A stretch of 64,000 bases of DNA from the human T2T-CHM13v2.0 reference genome, Homo sapiens: assembly GCF_009914755.1 (NCBI RefSeq), contig NC_060925.1. One strand, 5' to 3'. The translations under genes and the position numbers were made by a program. The notes beneath the pieces are model-generated. The model ran no database searches. It was not told the DNA's origin and worked only from the letters and a program-made list of their open reading frames with translations. Shown here piece after piece: positions 1 through 35,719 of this stretch (position 1 is its first letter; each line of letters starts with the position of its first letter).

Positions 1-260
1 TAGTTTTAGCTCTTACAGTTAGGTTTTTGATCCATTTTGCATTATTTTTGTATATGGTGTGAGGTAGGAGTTCACCTTCACTCTTTTGAATGTGGATGTT
101 GAGTTGTCTCGGAATCATTTATTGAGAAAACTATTCTTTACCCATTAAAATATCTTGGCATCCTTTTCAAAACCAATTGACTATGAATGTAGGGTTTATA
201 TCTGGATTCCTAATTCAATTCCATTGATTCATATCTCTATTATGTCACAAAGTCTTTTAA
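1..260 (-). mobile_element. Old L1 (L1M) fragment, ORF2 3' region, antisense
   Basis: Typical antisense L1 text (tttttgtatatggtgtgaggtagg...tctggattcctaattc); no intact ORF. Confidence 0.7.
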
Positions 261-368
261 AATCTAATCTAATTATATATCATCACTTCTCCCATATTCT
301 ATTGATTACACAGACCCATTCTGGTACAATGTGGGAGACACTACATGAGGATGTTAATACCAGAAGGC

Positions 369-3500
<3,132 letters not shown>

Positions 3501-3584
3501 GGGAGAACAGGCAGGAGAAACAATCAGGAAGAGGCATACTCGGAGGGTTAAGGTTCTGGAATGTTCTGTTTCTTCTCTTTCTGT

Positions 3585-3877
<293 letters not shown>

Positions 3878-3917
3878 TGAGTGGTAGTTATTTAGTGTTC
3901 AGTTTATTGCTAATCTC

Positions 3918-4280
3918 TTTTTTTTCAAACAAAAGATTTTACATATTTATTACTGAACCAGGCTGGTAGTGCAGAGCATATTCGTATATACTAATTTTTG
4001 CAATTAAACATGTCCAACTGTCCAGATAGTGGTGATGTTTCCAGCTTGATATGGTCAGATGATAGTGTCCTTGATACAGAATAGATATGTGTGCCATCCC
4101 ATGTGCAAATCCTTATAGACCCAGCTTCGTTCTTCTCCAATGTCTCCTCTTGGTGTTGTACCTGATTACCAGTTTTCATCCAAATCCGCTGGGGAATGAG
4201 ACAGTTTTGCTTTTGTTTCTTGGCCAGGAATTACGTGATCCTGAAAGTCTTGTGAGAAGACATGGTGAGAAACTTAGTCC
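3918..4280 (-). pseudogene. Processed pseudogene of ribosomal protein L39 (RPL39)
   Basis: Minus strand from ATG 4263 reads [32 protein letters not shown], then after a small frameshifting deletion RYNTKRRHWRRTKLGL* (stop 4115-4113), matching RPL39. Intronless, premature TAA at 4233-4231, AATAAA at 3951-3946, poly(A) remnant 3925-3918, degenerate TSD ttattgctaatct / ctattattaatct. Confidence 0.96.
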
Positions 4281-4308
4281 TATTATTAATCTTTAAAACA
4301 TACGTTTA

Positions 4309-5182
<874 letters not shown>

Positions 5183-6801
5183 GATAAAACAGACTAAGTG
5201 GGGACATGGGGCCAAATGCCTACATTCCCTGGCAGGTGGGGCATTCAAATTTATCCTTTCTCTGTAGAGGGTATTTGGACAGAAAAGTTTGAAAATCAGT
5301 GGGTCTCCTGGCCAAGTTAATTACTGATTATTTCCTGAAGACATTCTGTTTCTTCTGACTTCCATGCTTTTGTGCCTGCTATTATCTCCAATACAAACCT
5401 TTCAAGTCACAAAATTTACTTGGTAAGATGGAAGTAGGTGAGAAGCCAACTTGTTCTTGCCTGGCACCAGCACAACTTTGACCTACATTCTGTTTTTGCA
5501 CAGAAGGAAGATGATCTTAGGTTTGTGCAAGTCTGCCTGACCTGAAATTTGAAGACCTGGATCATAGCTATTTGGTGAAATTAATTGTTGCTTTATATAT
5601 ATATATGTATATTTTTTGTTATTCAGAATTTATTCAGCCCAACCCACCTATGAGGGAATCTTAGTCAACTTCCCAATAGATGGCAATTGATTATATTGCT
5701 AAAATTACCACAATTGTTACTTGAATTTTTACTGGACAATCTAATCTAGACAATTAGATTCCATTCCACTGGAACTAATAGGTGGACTGTTAGAATATTG
5801 CAAAGAGGAATTTATATAGTTCTACAGAGCTACTTTTTTATCTCCAAGTATGAAGTTTAATGTCTTCCTATTTCTCATTCTAAAAGATATGCCAAGAAGA
5901 CATATGTCTCATTATCACACATTGGAGAGCTCAGTTCTGAGTCAGTGACCCTCTCACCTACAGAAATCATCCACTGTGTCAAAGGAGGCACTTCAGTGAG
6001 GCAGGTTGGCTAACCTTGTTCTCTATTGCTTATGGGGCTTTATATGTCCTGAGGACAAAAGACTTGAGTTTCAACATCCATCATTTCTGCCTGTTGGATT
6101 TCTTAAATCCATCCTATTTAGGAGAAATTTCTTAAGGTGTACATCCCACTTCCTACATGCGTGATTCCGTGATATTCAAAACCTATTTATTGAGTGCCTA
6201 CAATCGCTGTGATACACACTACCCAGGGGAATCAAGAATGGGTAAGACCATCTCTGTTCTTCAGGAGCTTTATAGTCGTGTGTGTGTGTTTGTTTGTGTG
6301 TATGTGGGAGAATGAAGTGGGAGTTAAAAAGTACATAGAAAACTGTAATATAAGGCAGAACACACATGCTATGTGTAGGCCTGCCAATAACATTTCTGGG
6401 ATTAATAACAAAAGAACAAATTGAGGCCCACATGCCATATACTTAAATCTGTTAAAGTTGTAAATCAAGTTAACATAGACTACCAAATAAAATATAGCCT
6501 CATACCTCAACAAGTAAATTTTCATAGCAACCAAATAGAAAAATATGTGCGTAAAGCTATAGTTTTTATATGATTGAAAGTGAAATGTCAAAAATGACAG
6601 AATTTAAATATTATCGCATGTGTCCAGATGTTCCACTGATAATCCAGTGATGTGTGGATGAGAAATAAAATTTTTAAAGTGTAATTTATATATCATTATA
6701 TTTATTCCATAATTTTTATCTTGCCATCTTTTCAAAAAAATTGCAAATTATGTTATTATCATTCAAGTTTTTATCTGTATTCTATCTACAGCAATTACCT
6801 A

Positions 6802-8252
<1,451 letters not shown>

Positions 8253-8269
8253 AATTTTTTTTTTTCACC

Positions 8270-14160
<5,891 letters not shown>

Positions 14161-14596
14161 TGAGCTCTTTGTTGTGGTAGCTAATGAAGAATCTTGTGGA
14201 AATAAAAGAGTTTTGAGAAGGAGTTGGCATTTGAACTACATCTATAAAAGTGAATTGGATTTCAGCAGGCAGAGATGTAAGAGTAAAGGTAAACTGCAAA
14301 GCAGGTAAGAGAATTATCCAAGACTTAAATCATGGGCATTCAAGATAAAAAAGAGAATTATCAAAGACACAGAGCCAAGGAATCATGGTATTCTCATTAT
14401 GACTGTATATGAGTGTGAGTATAGTGGAAGATACAAGTCAAAAAATATTTGCTTAGTATTTTAATCTTTGGACTTTAGAGCCATACTATGTAAGGTCTTG
14501 AACGCTACTCTAAAAAATTTGTGCCTGATTCAGTAGGTAGTAGCTAGTGTGTTCATTAGAGTTAGGTCTAGTTGCATTAAAAGGAGAGCCATATAA

Positions 14597-17248
<2,652 letters not shown>

Positions 17249-17944
17249 CATGATGTTGATAATTACTGTTTTACTTTTTTTTTTTTTTTTTAAGAGAGCA
17301 ACTTCTTTAAGAAAAAAAGGGGAAAAGCTCAAGAGCCTGGCTCAGTGAGTAAAACTGAGCTTCAACATAGAGAAGCGTGAGTTAGACTGAGGGGAAAATT
17401 GTACTTACAGTGTAGTTGGGCTCTGAGATATAATTTATAATCCTAGAAACATGTCTTAGAGTCACTGTCAACAAGCTCAATATTTTCCTGTGCCCTCAAA
17501 GGATCCCAAGGTTAAGCAATATTGGAAAGGCACAACGAAACAGACAGAAAAAAATTTGATCCTATCATTATACTATACCCTGGTGCATCAAATCATCTAA
17601 ACCTTAAGGAAAACATAATTGCCTAAAGATATGAAGATGTTCAAGCAAGGTATTAGTCGCGGAGGCTAAAAGAGAAGCTATAGTATGATAGTCCAGAAAG
17701 ACTGGGAATTTTCAATATTCAAAGAGTGAAGGTTTAAAAGGAATGTAATTAAAGTACATAAAATTATAGCAAAAGTTTACTAAATACAGAAAATTGACTC
17801 AGGCATATTTTGTGAACTCAGAAAGAGGAATACACTTGGGCTAAACAAAATCAAGTTCTATTTTGTTACCGGGTAATAAATTAATTACTTCTAGATGAGC
17901 TATAGGTCACCAATAAAGCCCTTAAAAAATAATATCAATACCAA

Positions 17945-19095
<1,151 letters not shown>

Positions 19096-19304
19096 CAGTG
19101 TATTAAGAAAAATTCACAAATGCAAAAGCTTCAGTGAAAAAATTCAATATTTGAATGTGTTTATATTCATAAAGAATTCTATGAAAGAGTGGACACCAAC
19201 ATGTTAAAGTGTTAAAGGTGATTATTTCAATTTTGAGTGATTTTTATTTTCTTCCTTAATAATCGTATATGTTTTTTGAATTTTTCAGCAAGCTTGTGGT
19301 TTCG

Positions 19305-20473
<1,169 letters not shown>

Positions 20474-21179
20474 CTAGGACCTCATGCTTTCAGTTGCTTT
20501 CTTAATTCATTCAATCCCTTTATTGGGTAACCTATAGGTATTGCGTTAGGTGCTTTGGGAGATAAACAAGACAGGATTCCAGCCCTTCAAGAGTTTTCAG
20601 AAACATTTCAATGAAGGTCTATGTCCTGGTTTACACCCTTGCCTCATTGTCTTACTCAATCACAAAACCTTAACTCCAGATTAATCTGCTTTCCCTATGC
20701 TTGAGCGAATGCCAGTGGCGAAATTATACATACTTGGGATGGGGTAAAGATTTATTGCCTGTTTGGTATCACTAAGGGAGTTGTGGTTCTTTGAAGAACT
20801 GAGATGTTTTGTTTGTGTTTTAAAAACCTGGTTTGATTTTTGTTCAGTTTCCCTTTTTGTCTCCCCTGTAGAACCCAGTGCCTTCTGGCAGCAGGCCTTA
20901 GCCATTGTTTCTTTTCTTCTCCCCGGCAACATTTAGCTGCATCTCTGGATAGAATATTAGATGGCTTTTATCTTTGTATTTTTCTGTATTTGATTTTATT
21001 TTCTGCCAATAGTATGCATTGTTGATATAAACAGAAAACACGTGAAAGCTACTTTATTGTCAAAACAGAACGAAAGTTCATTGCTTCTTGTTCAGTTCCT
21101 TCAGGTCTTAGTAGAAGGTGGACTAACGCAGTTTAAATATTAACCCAGGTAAAGTTTATTCTGGCTCCTTCTCCAGGAT

Positions 21180-26215
<5,036 letters not shown>

Positions 26216-26489
26216 TCAAGGGCCCTTAAATATTACTTAGTTGTTCCATTATTTGGTGTGTTTTATTATTTGGTGCAGGTTTTTTCCCCTTATCTAGTTT
26301 GAATGTTGCTGAAGGACGCTGGTTTTCAAACGGTAAGGAATCTCCTGATAAAGGCACGAATCTTGGTGTGCAGATAAGCCAGCGATTCTTGCTTCTGGCT
26401 AGTTCTACGTTGTTCCTGGATGGTCAGTTCAAACTGCAATGATCCACAGCTCCAGAAGCGGCTTCTTCCAGTCGGCCTAGGAGCCAAAC

Positions 26490-27220
26490 GCCCCTGCAGC
26501 TCCATGCTACCACGCAGGGTGCCGTTTCGGGCTTGCAGGGAGTTGTCGCAGTCCCGTTTTGGCTGCACATTCTACTGCTGGGGTGGAAGTGTCAAGCAAG
26601 ATGTTGTCGCCGGTATCATGATGTCCGGGTGAGAAGCTTCCTTGGCAGGTTGCCAGGGCCAGCCTGCGAGCACTGGCGCCGGGGACCCGCGCGCCCGGGA
26701 AGGGGCGGGGAGGTGGGCGGAGCCTGGCAACCTGGGGACCACCAATAGGATGCTCAGCCGGAGGTGGCCCTGCGCGTGACGCAGCGGTGCTCGGAGGCAG
26801 GGGGCGTAGGGGCCGGGCTGTCCGGCGCTTTAGCTTAGCAGGCGACGTTGCGGGCCCTGGGCGCCAGGAGAGCTTCCCGGAGTCGACCTTCCTGCTGGCT
26901 GCTCTGTGACCGCTTCCCGGCTCTGCCCTCTTGGCCGAAGTGCCCGCTGCCGGGCGCGGGCCTCAGGTAACGGTGGTGCTCCCGCGCCTCTCCTCGCTTC
27001 CCGCTTGGGTCCACCGGCCTCAGCCCGCGGGGAAGGGAGAAGCGGTGGCGGCAGCAGCTCCGGCCCGGCCTTGTCCTGGGCTGTGCTGCGGAGAAGGCGA
27101 GGCTCGGCGACTGCAGGGGAGTTGGGGAGGGGAGGGCGGGAAAGTTACCGTCAGGCGCCCGGGTCACGGGCAGCCTTTTAAACCCTGCACGCTGGTTTGG
27201 TGTTCCGCAAATCTCGTGGC
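26490..27220 (+). promoter_or_regulatory. SOAT1: CpG-island, TATA-less promoter of SOAT1
   Basis: The only CpG-rich non-Alu block in the window. GC boxes GGGGCGGGG 26702-26710 and TGGGCGGAG 26714-26722, CCAAT 26742-26746, CRE-like TGACGCA 26777-26783, followed by exon 1 and its donor. Confidence 0.9.
26835..26966 (+). other. SOAT1: SOAT1 exon 1 (5' UTR); start approximate
   Basis: Ends at CAG|gtaacg (GT 26967-26968). Joining to exon 2 gives ...GGGCCTCAG|ACAATACAATG, as I recall the ACAT1 cDNA. The TSS cannot be fixed from sequence. Confidence 0.88.
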
Positions 27221-27524
27221 ATCTCTCAAGTCAGTAGTAAAGAAAGTTAGGAATTAGAAGACGTTTTATTCTTTAAAAAGCGAAACCAAAAATGCACTCA
27301 GGAAGTCAGCTTTTTAATGATTTAGAGAAAATGTGTGAAGGGAAGGATGGTATTAGCAAGACATGAAAATCTGTAGGGGCACCAGAACCTTTAATCAAGC
27401 TCATGTTTTATTGTAAAATATTAGGATGTAGGTAAGTTTCTGTTTTCCCTAAGTGTTAATGGTCATGTAATTTAAATAATATGTATATTGAAAGGTTATT
27501 TCTAAGTGAGAAACAACTATATAA

Positions 27525-27862
<338 letters not shown>

Positions 27863-28604
27863 TGTTGGTCACTTTTTAATATTTAAGTGGCTGCCACCTG
27901 TTTAAACCACTTTTTTCTTTTTTTCAGCCTGCTTGATTTCCTCTTCCTTGAAGTAGAATTCAATTTGAAGCTTTTTTTTTTTCTTTTTAAAAGTTGGGCG
28001 GTGTCAGTGAATGACTTGTTAAGGAAGTCTGTGCGTTGTCTGGGTGTGAGAATGGGTTTTGGAAGGAGCTCTGTGGCACTGAATTATCGTTTAGAAATGC
28101 ACGTGTTTTAGTGAATCACATGCTTAGAATGCATCTGAGGTTTCGCAGTCTTTTAGGATAAAGACCTACTGAGTGAGCACACTCTATCTCTGGTTCATTT
28201 GGCCCACTTTCCTTCTGGCTTTCCAGGTTCATGCCACACTGGCTTTATTTTTGTTACTGGAAAGCTTCATTTTCTTTCCTCTCTTGGCTTTTAGGAGTTT
28301 CCTCCACCTCTAATGCTGTATTCTCTCCCTCCCTCCAACTCTTATACCTGCCTCAGATATCAGCCCACATATCACTTCCTCTGGAAATCACCCCATCCCC
28401 ATTAAGCCCTCCATGAACTCTTTATTCTCCTTAGCAGAAGTTGATCATTAATTGTAATGAATTAGTTGCTTTGTTTCCTCTGCTAGTGCATTTCATGAAG
28501 GCTGGTTTAGCCTGTTGTAATTTTCAGGGTCTGGTCCAGCACTTGGCCCAGAGAAAGAATGAATAAGTTGGTGGACAGAGGAAGGAACTTTTGAATGAGA
28601 AATA

Positions 28605-28994
28605 CAGTGATCCCCACTTAACTGCTTTCTGTAGTTTCAGCTACCTGAGGTGCGAAACAGAGTACAATAAGACATTTCGAGAGATACCATGTTCAAGTGA
28701 ATTTTAATACAGTATATTGTTAATCTCTTACTGTGCCTAACTTTTTGAAACTTTGCCTCCCAGGTTCAAGGGATATTCATGCCCCAGCCTCCCAAGTAGC
28801 TGGGATTACAGGCGTGTCCCAGTACGCCCGGCTAATTTTTTTTTTTTTTTTTGAGATGGAGTTTGGCGCTTGTTGCCCAGGCTGGAATGGCACGATCTCG
28901 GCTCCCCGCAACCTCCGCCTCCCGGGTTCAAGCGATTCTCCGCCTCAGCCTCCCAAGTAGCTGGGATTACGGGCATGTGCTACCACGCCCGGCT

Positions 28995-29029
<35 letters not shown>

Positions 29030-29423
29030 TAAAGACTGATCAGATCTTACTGGTCAGGCTGGTCTCGAACTTCCAACCTCAGGTGATCCACCCGCCTCAG
29101 CCTCCCAAAGTGCTGGGATTACAGGCGTGAGCCACCGCGCCCAGCTCACCCGGCTAATTTTTGTATTTTTAGTAGAGACAGGGAGGGTTTCACTGTGTTG
29201 GCCAGACTGGTCTCAAACTCCTGATCTCAGATGATCGGTCTGCCTCGGCCTCCCAAAGAGGTGGGATTACAGGCGTGAGCCACTGTGCCCAGCCTGTAAA
29301 TGAAACTTTATAATAGGTATGTATAGGAAAAAACAACGTGTATTGGGTTCACTGTTATTCACAGTTCTAGGCATCCACTGGGAGTCTTGGACCGTATCCC
29401 CCATGGATATGGGAGAACTACTG
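28605..29423. mobile_element. MER44/Tigger7-type DNA transposon interrupted by two nested antisense Alus (28750-29293)
   Basis: Termini cagtgatcccc... / ...gggagaactactg with TA flanks; aggcatccactgggagtcttgga motif. Confidence 0.8.
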
Positions 29424-30363
29424 TATTAACCAGGGAAGAGTCCCTTTTTCCTATGGGAAAAAGTTTTTAACAAAGACCAGCCAAGTTCTATTTTTCTAAG
29501 AGGATGGCTTTGTTTTGCATTTTTTTTGCCACATTGGTTAATAAGAGATTATACTAACCATACAGATGTAAATGAGAATTTGTTCTTGTTCTTTAGTTTT
29601 GCTAATTACTTAAAGACCTAGTTCTGTGATATGTAAAAGTTGTAGCGTTGTGTTAGGGCCAACCTTTGGGTGCCAGAGGGAAATTTTTTTTGCTCTGGAT
29701 TGTAAATTCTATCCACAGTTGTGTCCCCTTTCCACCACTGAATCTAAGGGTGATGTGGCAAAGTTCTTTACCTGGAGTAGGCACTCAGTATTTGTGATAC
29801 AGATTTATGGGCTCTTTTGAAAGCTATATTAATGGGAACACGGAGGCAGGCTAAAGTTGACATGTCTTTCCAAGTTCATTTGTTTCTCAAATCATTTCTT
29901 TTTGTTTTGCTTTCTTAAGATAAGTTAGATGCTTATCACACTGAACATTATGTAATTGCGTGCACAGATTAGATTCTTAAGAAATTCTTTTTCAATCAGT
30001 GTGTTGTATAAATAGCTGTCTACTTAGCTTTGTTACCTGGGGGGGAATAGCTTTATGTTACCTGTGACTTTGAACAAGTTTGTTAGCATTTCTGAATCTC
30101 CTGCATCTTTAAAAATGGACATGTTAAATGAGATATGTGCTACACCTACTGCACTCAGCACTTTGTTACCTGCTTCCTAAACGCTAGAGATTCCTTCACT
30201 GCTAGACCTCTTGAGAGACTAGTCTTATGATCACTGTTTTCACTTCCTCAACTTACTGGCGGTGTACTCCAATATATTTATTTGTCCTTCCTCCTAAAAC
30301 TGTGCATGTAATCAAATCATAGCTATTAATGTCCCCCAATTGTGAAATATCCCATGTCCTGTC

Positions 30364-31665
<1,302 letters not shown>

Positions 31666-31682
31666 ATGTTTTTTGGGTAGTT

Positions 31683-31936
31683 TTAGCCTAGTGTACCTTA
31701 AATATGCTCCAAACACTTAATATTAGCCTACAGTTGGGCAAAATTATTGAACACAGACTATTTTACAATAAAGTGTTCATTATCTCATGTAATTTATTGA
31801 ATACTATACTGAAAGTGAAAAACAGAATAGTTGTATGAGTACTCAAAATATGATTTCCACAGAATGCATGTTGCTTTTGCACCATCATAAAGTTGAAAAA
31901 TTTTAAATTGAACCATCATAAGTTGGGGACTGTCTT
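31683..31936 (+). mobile_element. MER47A/Tigger5-type DNA transposon fragment
   Basis: tagcctacagttgggcaaaat...tactgaaagtgaaaaacagaat...aagttggggactgtct. Confidence 0.75.
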
Positions 31937-32214
31937 GTGCTTAGAATAATTGGTTACATATTAACTGATACATTTGCTTTCTTTCTTAATGCCTGCCTGT
32001 TGTACTCCAGGTACTCCACACTAGATTTGGGGGAGTCTTACAGAAAATACTATGTAATCCCTATCTTTGAGAACTTAAGCCTAATGTAAGAGACAGAGAG
32101 TATTGCTCTCTGATTATAGGACAATGTAACATGTGACAGGATGCTCAGTGTAGTGGGACCGCAGAGAGGATGAGATGAGAGGTGGTGGTAAAGGAAACTT
32201 CAGAGGGTGAGTTG

Positions 32215-32445
32215 GAGGCAGTTTAGCGATTAGAGGGCAGGTTGTAGAATCTGATAGTCTTTGTTTTGAATTCTAGTTCTGCTGTTGGAGAATTATTTGA
32301 TTTGGGACAAGTTAAATCACTTCCCTAAACTCATCTGTAAAATGAGGATAATACTTATCTAAGGTTGTAAAGATTAAATGTAATGTAAAAAGTTTAGCAG
32401 CACAGTGCCTAGAGGTACATAATAGGTGCTCATTAAATCAGAACT
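32215..32445 (+). mobile_element. MIR SINE
   Basis: MIR core ctcatctgtaaaatgaggataata...gcacagtgcct...ggtgctcattaaat. Confidence 0.8.
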
Positions 32446-32745
32446 GTTGGTATTAATTCTATTACTGCTGTAGCTGTGATTCTTTGAAGGCTTGAGTAGG
32501 AGTTAGCTACATAAAAAAAGGGCAGAGGAGAAATAGCTTTCTATAGACAGGGAAGAGTATATGGGACACTATGGTGGCCAAAGAATATTTGGAAAATAAC
32601 AATAGTATCTGTCTTGATTCTGTTGAGATGAAAATAATACATGTAAAACACATAAGCACTAAAAAAAATCAGCTGTTATTATTCTACTTTGAGAAATATT
32701 GCATTGTGCTATACTGTTTCATATGGCTTGGGTAATAAACTTTAA

Positions 32746-34267
<1,522 letters not shown>

Positions 34268-35326
34268 AGGGAAACACATGGCTTTAGAGTAAACCTTGTA
34301 CTATCTTGATATTGATCTTTGATCATGTTTTTTAGTGCTTAAAGTGTCTCACCACTGCCTTCCTGAAAAACTTCTAATTTCTTAGGCCTTTATAGTTTGA
34401 CTCCTGTCCTCCTTTCTAGTCTTTTCCCTCATCACATTTCTCCATTACCAACTATTTTCCCCCAGTAGTTAGTGGTCTTTGTAGTTTGGATCCAACTAAT
34501 GCCAGTTCCAATCGGGCTCTGTCGTTAGCTGTGTGGTCTTGGGCAAGTTACTGTAATGAGAAGAAAAGCAGACTCTAGTACCTGGGGCTGTGGTGTGCAT
34601 TCCTATAAATTCAGCTTGTTCAACTGCAGGTGTATTCCTGGTACATGGGTGGAGGACACTGATAGTAACTACTTTAAATCATTGTTTTCTCATGTGAAAA
34701 CTGAGGGTAATTTTTTTCAGAATTGTTATGAAGATTAAATGAGAAAACTTAAAGCATCTGGCAGGGTCCTTGCACTTAGTAGATACTTAACAAAAACTTG
34801 TTTTTGTCGTAGTTCAATTCCTTCATGGTTCCCTGAACGGGGCTTATAAGGTCCTTGTTTTAATCCTTTCTTGCACATGGAATGCACAGTTCTCATCCTT
34901 CAAGACTGTGTCTAAAATACCTTCTTTTCTGTGAAACCTTTACATCTTCTGCTAATCTCTGCTGTCTCTGAACTTAAGGTATTGTTTTTACCATTGACTT
35001 TGTTATTAAATCATACTCCACCCTGTGGCATCTTTGTAGTTACCTGTTACTATTTAATCCTTTTTTTTTTTTTTTTACATACTTAATGCTTTGTTCAACT
35101 AAATTGTTCTTTAAGAGTGGGGTCTATGTTTAAAAAGGGGCTTCAAAACCATTCCAATTATTTTATAGGACCTGATTTCTTCAGATTTGTTATCTTGAGT
35201 ATCTTGTACCCAGAAAATGCTTTGAAATGATTAATGCAAAAGGAAGAGAATGTATCATCACATTTCACCTCTCCTAAATATAGTGGTATTGTGAAATTCA
35301 CGTAAGCCAGATGCTTAGTTCAAAGC

Positions 35327-35685
35327 TGATACATTGGTTTGCTTCTGTGTCCCCACACAAATCTCATCTCTAACTGTAATCACCACGTGTCTAGGGAGGG
35401 AACTGGTGGGAGGTGATTGGATCATGGGGGCAGTTTCCCCCATGCTGTTCTCGTGATAGTGAGGGAGTTCTCATGAGAGCTGATGGTTTTAAATGTGGCA
35501 CTTCCTTGCTCTGTCTCTCCTGCCGCCACGTAAGACATGCCTTGCCTCCCCTTGGTCTTCTGCCATGATTGTAAGTTTCCTGAGGCCTTTCCAGCCATGC
35601 GGAACTGTGAGACAGTTAAACCTCTTTCCTTTATAAATTACCCAGTCTCAGGTAGTGTATAGCAGTGTGAAAACGGACTAATACG
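35327..35685 (+). mobile_element. THE1 (THE1C/D-like, MaLR) solo LTR, sense to SOAT1
   Basis: tgata...tgtgtccccacacaaatctcatct...catgattgtaagtttcctgaggcc...aaacggactaatacg; 5-bp TSD AAAGC at 35322-35326 and 35686-35690. Confidence 0.93.
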
Positions 35686-35719
35686 AAAGCTTTTTACACC
35701 TTCTTTCCTAGACAATACA

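Noticed and set aside
26326-27257. Overlapping ORFs on both strands in the CpG island
   Set aside because: Stop-poor GC-rich DNA, mostly non-ATG starts, no recognisable protein; those on + run through the exon 1 donor. A divergent transcript cannot be shown from sequence.
28387-28396. ATCACCCCAT, one mismatch from the sterol regulatory element
   Set aside because: Single imperfect match in repeat-like sequence with no adjacent NF-Y/Sp1 site; expected by chance.
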